Origin: Acidobacteriaceae bacterium
Lineage (GTDB): Bacteria > Acidobacteriota > Terriglobia > Terriglobales > Acidobacteriaceae
Reading direction: 5' to 3'
NCBI GenBank assembly: GCA_030040425.1
Contig: JASHTS010000074.1
Location: 12,198-76,197 of the forward strand
Length of the DNA: 64,000 bases
Both the position numbers and the translations under genes were made by a program. Positions 60,295 to 64,000 of this stretch are shown one piece after another. Position 1 is the stretch's first letter. Each line of letters opens with the position of its first letter. Below the pieces are notes generated by a model. It was not told where the DNA came from, searched no databases, and was given only the letters and a program-made list of their open reading frames with translations.

Positions 60295-62265
60295 ATGTGC
60301 GGAATCGTGGGTGTCTTTTCCCGTCGTGAGCCGATTCATGCCACCACGCTGGAGAGAGCGACGCGGTCGCTCTATCATCGCGGACCTGACGGACAGCGGC
60401 AGTGGGTATCGGCGGACTGTCGCGTGGGACTGGGGCATGCCCGGTTGAGCATTATCGACCTGATGACCGGCGATCAGCCCATAGCCAGCGAGGATGGACG
60501 CACACGAATCGTGGTGAACGGCGAGTTCTACGGGTACGAAGCGATACGCGAGGAACTGCAGCAGCGGGGGCACCGTCTAAAAACGAAATCAGACAGCGAG
60601 ATCGCTCTTCATCTTTACGAGGATCTTGGCGTACATTGCCTGGAGCATCTGCGTGGCGAGTTCGCGCTGGTGCTCTGGGATGAAAATCGGCGCCGGTTGC
60701 TTGTGGCGCGCGACCGTTTCGGCATCAAGCCGCTGTTCTATGCGTGGGTAGATAAGACTCTCTACATCGCTTCCGAAGTGAAGGCGCTGTTTGCCGCGGG
60801 CGTGCCGGCACGCTGGGACGAAGAGAGCGTGTATCACTCGATGAGTTACGGCGGACACCAGGTGCGGACGCTCTACGATGGTGTGCTGCAGGTGCCGCCC
60901 GGCTACTTCATGGTGGTGACCGACAAGCACCTGCAGTTGAACCAGTACTGGGATTTCAACTATGCGGCGAGCGATCGGACCGCGACCCCGCGCGGTGATG
61001 CCGAACATGCGGCAGAGTTCCGGGAGGCGCTCGAAGAATCCGTGCGGATCAGGCTGAGGGCGGATGTACCGGTGGGCGTGTACCTGAGTGGAGGCCTCGA
61101 CTCCTGCTCGGTGCTGGGATTGGCTGCCCGGCATCATCCCGAGCCCATCAAAGCCTTCACCCTCACATTTGAGGATGCAGCTTACGACGAAGGTCCGATT
61201 GCGCGGGAGATGGCGACCAGGGCGGGCGCGGAGTTTTATCCGATTCCGATCGGACAACTGGACCTGGCGGATGCCTTTGCCGATGCCATTGCCCAGGCAG
61301 AGACGGCATGCGTGAACGCTCATGGCGTGGCCAAGTTTCTGCTGAGCCGGGCCGTGCGGGACGCGGGCTACAAGGTGGTGCTGACGGGAGAGGGATCGGA
61401 TGAGATCCTGGGCGGATATCCGCATTTCCGGCGGGACATGCTGCTCTACAACCAGGAAGGCCAGGATACGCAGGCGATTGCCGACCTTTTGCGCTGGCTT
61501 GACGATCACAATACGGTGAGCCGCGGACTGCTTCTGCCGGATGGCGAGATTGGCAACCTGGACGCAGTGAAACGCGTGCTGGGTTTTGTGCCGTCATGGA
61601 TCGAAACGTTTTCGTCGCGCGCAGTGAAGCTGCGGTCCCTGCTGGCCGATTGGTTCCTGCGGAAGTACGGGCATCGCGAAGGCGAATACAACATTTTGGA
61701 CGATACCGACGTGCTGCGACAGCTGAAAGGGCGCGATGCGGTGCACCAGTCGCTCTATCTCTGGTCGAAAACCGTCATGGCCGGTTACATCCTGACCATG
61801 CTGGGGGACCGCATGGAAATGGCGCATTCCATCGAGGGGCGCGTGCCGTTTCTCGATCACAAGCTCGTGGAGCTGATCGCCAGCCAGCCCGTCAACCAGA
61901 AGATTCGCGGCATGACGGAGAAGTATGTCTTGCGCGAAGCTGTCAAGGACGTGATTACCGAGACCGTGTATAAGCGGCAAAAGCATCCATTCCTGAGCCC
62001 TCCGGCGACTTTGAATCCGGACGACACCTTCCAGACGTTTGTCCAGGACATGCTGCGCGGCGAGACCATGCGGGCAATTCCCTTTTTTAGCCAGAAAGCG
62101 GTGATCGCTCTTCTTGACAAGCTGCCGGCAATGGATGTGGGCGCGCGGACGGCGTTTGACCAGATACTGATGTATCTAGTGAGCCTCTGCGTGCTGCAGC
62201 AGCGGTTCGGGTTGTCCAGCGAGAGAGTTTCAGCGGTGCATGAGTCAGCGGTGCCGGCGGACTGA
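60295..62265 (+). CDS. asnB: Asparagine synthase (glutamine-hydrolysing) family amidotransferase
   Basis: MCGI, HRGPD, RLSIID, NGEFY, LSGGLDS, LTGEGSDE, R.PFLDH. Confidence 0.93.
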   Translation: MCGIVGVFSRREPIHATTLERATRSLYHRGPDGQRQWVSADCRVGLGHARLSIIDLMTGDQPIASEDGRTRIVVNGEFYGYEAIREELQQRGHRLKTKSDSEIALHLYEDLGVHCLEHLRGEFALVLWDENRRRLLVARDRFGIKPLFYAWVDKTLYIASEVKALFAAGVPARWDEESVYHSMSYGGHQVRTLYDGVLQVPPGYFMVVTDKHLQLNQYWDFNYAASDRTATPRGDAEHAAEFREALEESVRIRLRADVPVGVYLSGGLDSCSVLGLAARHHPEPIKAFTLTFEDAAYDEGPIAREMATRAGAEFYPIPIGQLDLADAFADAIAQAETACVNAHGVAKFLLSRAVRDAGYKVVLTGEGSDEILGGYPHFRRDMLLYNQEGQDTQAIADLLRWLDDHNTVSRGLLLPDGEIGNLDAVKRVLGFVPSWIETFSSRAVKLRSLLADWFLRKYGHREGEYNILDDTDVLRQLKGRDAVHQSLYLWSKTVMAGYILTMLGDRMEMAHSIEGRVPFLDHKLVELIASQPVNQKIRGMTEKYVLREAVKDVITETVYKRQKHPFLSPPATLNPDDTFQTFVQDMLRGETMRAIPFFSQKAVIALLDKLPAMDVGARTAFDQILMYLVSLCVLQQRFGLSSERVSAVHESAVPAD

Positions 62266-62267
62266 AC

Positions 62268-62334
62268 GCGCGGTGCCAGAGTCAGTCAGTGCCGGGTCCT
62301 ACGCGACGTAATTCCGCCAACTCCGCCAGTTCGG
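62268..62334 (+). repeat. Degenerate direct-repeat copy of the ffs promoter and 5' half (att-like scar)
   Basis: Matches 63485-63551 colinearly with a few substitutions; lacks the GGAA/AGCA domain IV end and the 3' arm. Confidence 0.88.
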
Positions 62335-62384
62335 GGCCGGCTGAGGGCGTTTTCGCTCAGAAGGACAGCCGCGCGCCCGACGAT

Positions 62385-63128
62385 TCAGATCGCGGTGCGT
62401 CCGCCATCGACGGCGAGCTTGGCGCCATGGATGAAACTGGAGCGCTCGGTGGCCAGGAAGACGATGGCCTCGGCAATCTCATCGGCTGAAGCCGGGCGAC
62501 GCGCCGGCGCCTGCGAAGCCAGCTGCTCGAGACCTTCGCCCATGGCGTCTGTACCCTCAGTGCGCGTAGGCCCCGGGCTTACTGCGTTTACGCGGACGCC
62601 GCGCGGTCCATATTCGGCGGCCCAGGCCTTGGTAAGGAGGTTGATCGCTGCCTTGCTCGCCCCGTAGAGGCTCATGCCCGGCGCGCCGTAGTCGGCGACC
62701 ATGGTCGACACATTGACGATCGCTCCTTTGCCCCTGCCAGCCATCCGCGGAGCCAACTCCGCCACCAGGAAATAGGGCGCCTTTACATTGAGCGAGAAGA
62801 CGCGATCGAAATCCTTTTCCGTCATCTCGTGGGTCGCGCCGAAGGGAAAGATCCCCGCATTGTTGACAAGCACGTCCACAGTTCCATTGCCCAGCTCGAG
62901 CGCCTTCGTGGCCACGGAGCGGGCGCTGGCCGCGTCGCCGAGATCGGAGGCAATGAAGGCGGCCTGGCCGCCCGCGGCGCGGATTTCGCTGACGGTCTTC
63001 TCTCCGCGCTCCGCATTGCGCCCGACAACGAGGACATGGAAGCCAAGCTTGGCCAGTTGATTGGCCGTTGCCCGTCCGATTCCGCTCGTTCCTCCGGTAA
63101 TTAGTGCAGTGGGGGAGTTGGTTGTCAT
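62385..63128 (-). CDS. SDR oxidoreductase
   Basis: TGGTSGIG, NNAG, YGASK, VNAVSPG, VDGG. Confidence 0.93.
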   Translation of the reverse strand: MTTNSPTALITGGTSGIGRATANQLAKLGFHVLVVGRNAERGEKTVSEIRAAGGQAAFIASDLGDAASARSVATKALELGNGTVDVLVNNAGIFPFGATHEMTEKDFDRVFSLNVKAPYFLVAELAPRMAGRGKGAIVNVSTMVADYGAPGMSLYGASKAAINLLTKAWAAEYGPRGVRVNAVSPGPTRTEGTDAMGEGLEQLASQAPARRPASADEIAEAIVFLATERSSFIHGAKLAVDGGRTAI

Positions 63129-63490
63129 GGGGAAATCTCCTGGTGAAGGTTCAGGTCACGCGCACTCGCCTCGTGAAAGCCGGTGCGTGCCGGCGGGTCG
63201 AGACCTCACCGCCATCGAGAGGCGCGAAGACGGTTTCGCGCCACCACTACACGATGCGCGTACCCAAGCTGAGGATGCGAAAACACAAAGCGGACCGTCA
63301 GAAGAATCGACGGTTCTGCCAGTGGTGGCCAAGAGAGTCCGAGGTGCGGCCGACGCGCCATCCGCGGCCCTCTACGACCGTTCCTGATGCCTGGACTGCG
63401 TTCGCGAAGGCGAACTCCACCCAGCATGACAGAGGTGGAGAATCGGCCTTTCCGGTGATGCTGGATTCAGATATTGGAGGCTGGGCGCGG

Positions 63491-63499
63491 TGCTAGAAT
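63491..63499 (+). promoter_or_regulatory. Extended -10 promoter of ffs
   Basis: TGcTAGAAT ending about 5-6 nt before the RNA 5' end. Confidence 0.7.
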
Positions 63500-63504
63500 C
63501 AGTC

Positions 63505-63603
63505 AGTGCCGGGTCCTACGCGACGTAATCCCGCCAACCCCGCCAGGTCCGGAAGGAAGCAACGGTAACGGGCTAGTACGGGCGCAGTAGGTCACCCGGT
63601 ACT
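63505..63603 (+). ncRNA. ffs: Signal recognition particle RNA (4.5S, small bacterial type)
   Basis: Domain IV CAGGTCC-GGAA-GGAAGCAAC; terminal stem AGTGCCGGGT/ACCCGGTACT followed by a T-run. Confidence 0.95.
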
Positions 63604-63612
63604 TTTTTGCGC

Positions 63613-63647
63613 CAGGGTTCAGTGGACAGTGGTCAGGGGTCAGGGGT
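63613..63647 (+). repeat. Tandem heptamer repeat (CAGGGGT-like)
   Basis: Five units downstream of ffs. Confidence 0.75.
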
Positions 63648-63658
63648 GGGGAGGCAGT

Positions 63659-63755
63659 TGCGGGTCCTTCGACTCCCTCCGCTGCGCTCCGGTCGCTCAG
63701 GATGACATCGGTTTTCCCGCTGAGGATGACAAGGGGCTTCCCGCTCGGGATGGCA
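63659..63755 (+). repeat. Family A repeat plus two tandem partial 3'-end echoes
   Basis: TCCTTCGACTCC...CGCTCAGGATGACA, then CCGCTGAGGATGACA and CCGCTCGGGATGGCA. Confidence 0.8.
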
Positions 63756-63778
63756 GCCGTTTTTGAAGGAGAGATGCA

Positions 63779-64000
63779 TTGAGTTTGACTGTACGTCCCG
63801 TGGTGGGCCGGCGCGCGAAGATCACAGCGCTGGGCACCTACGTTCCTCCCGATGTGCTGACCAACCAAGACCTGGAAAAAATGGTGGAGACCAGCGACCA
63901 GTGGATCGTGGAGCGCACGGGCATCCGTGAGCGGCACGTGCTGGCGCAAGGGCTGGGCGTGAGCGACATTTGCACGGAGGCGGCGAAGAAGTGCCTGGCG
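63779..64000 (+). CDS. fabH: 3-oxoacyl-ACP synthase III (5' part, runs off the window)
   Basis: GAAGGAG + TTG; ITALGTYVP..VLTN.DLEKMVETSDQWIVERTGIRERH. Confidence 0.93.
   Translation, partial: MSLTVRPVVGRRAKITALGTYVPPDVLTNQDLEKMVETSDQWIVERTGIRERHVLAQGLGVSDICTEAAKKCLA

Noticed and set aside
60295-62265. asnB as a lasso-peptide cyclase
   Set aside because: Intact N-terminal Cys glutaminase domain; no precursor, B-peptidase or RRE gene nearby
63503-63949. 148-aa minus-strand ORF
   Set aside because: Antisense to fabH, the repeats and ffs

Overview
High-GC bacterial chromosomal segment. Gene content, protein styles and intergenic repeat families suggest Acidobacteriota, probably Acidobacteriaceae (inference). 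Housekeeping genes (mqnA, dprA, topA, glgA, glmM, xseA, ruvC, cinA, pgpA, yacG, rimO, asnB, SRP RNA ffs, 5' end of fabH) are interspersed with a TetR/HlyD/ABC efflux operon, two-component genes, secreted enzymes (S53 protease with Ig-like repeats, GH36, PL4-like lyase, S1/P1 nuclease) and small accessory genes. I found no tRNA, rRNA, CRISPR array, transposase or integrase. Main observations: (1) the last Ig-like domain of the S53 protease is split by a membrane hairpin ending in an internal lipobox, suggesting an unusual surface-anchoring mechanism; (2) a degenerate copy of the promoter and 5' half of the SRP RNA gene brackets a 1.15-kb SDR-carrying islet, like an att scar; (3) several asymmetric palindromic or heptamer repeat families are nearly all oriented on the + strand, and two palindromic elements sit in frame inside proteins (rimO and a cupin signal peptide); (4) a methyltransferase appears to need a CTG start; (5) many genes show a leaderless -10/start arrangement. 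Start codons were re-assigned by eye where the ORF track over-extends. Product calls come from motif recognition only, with no database search.
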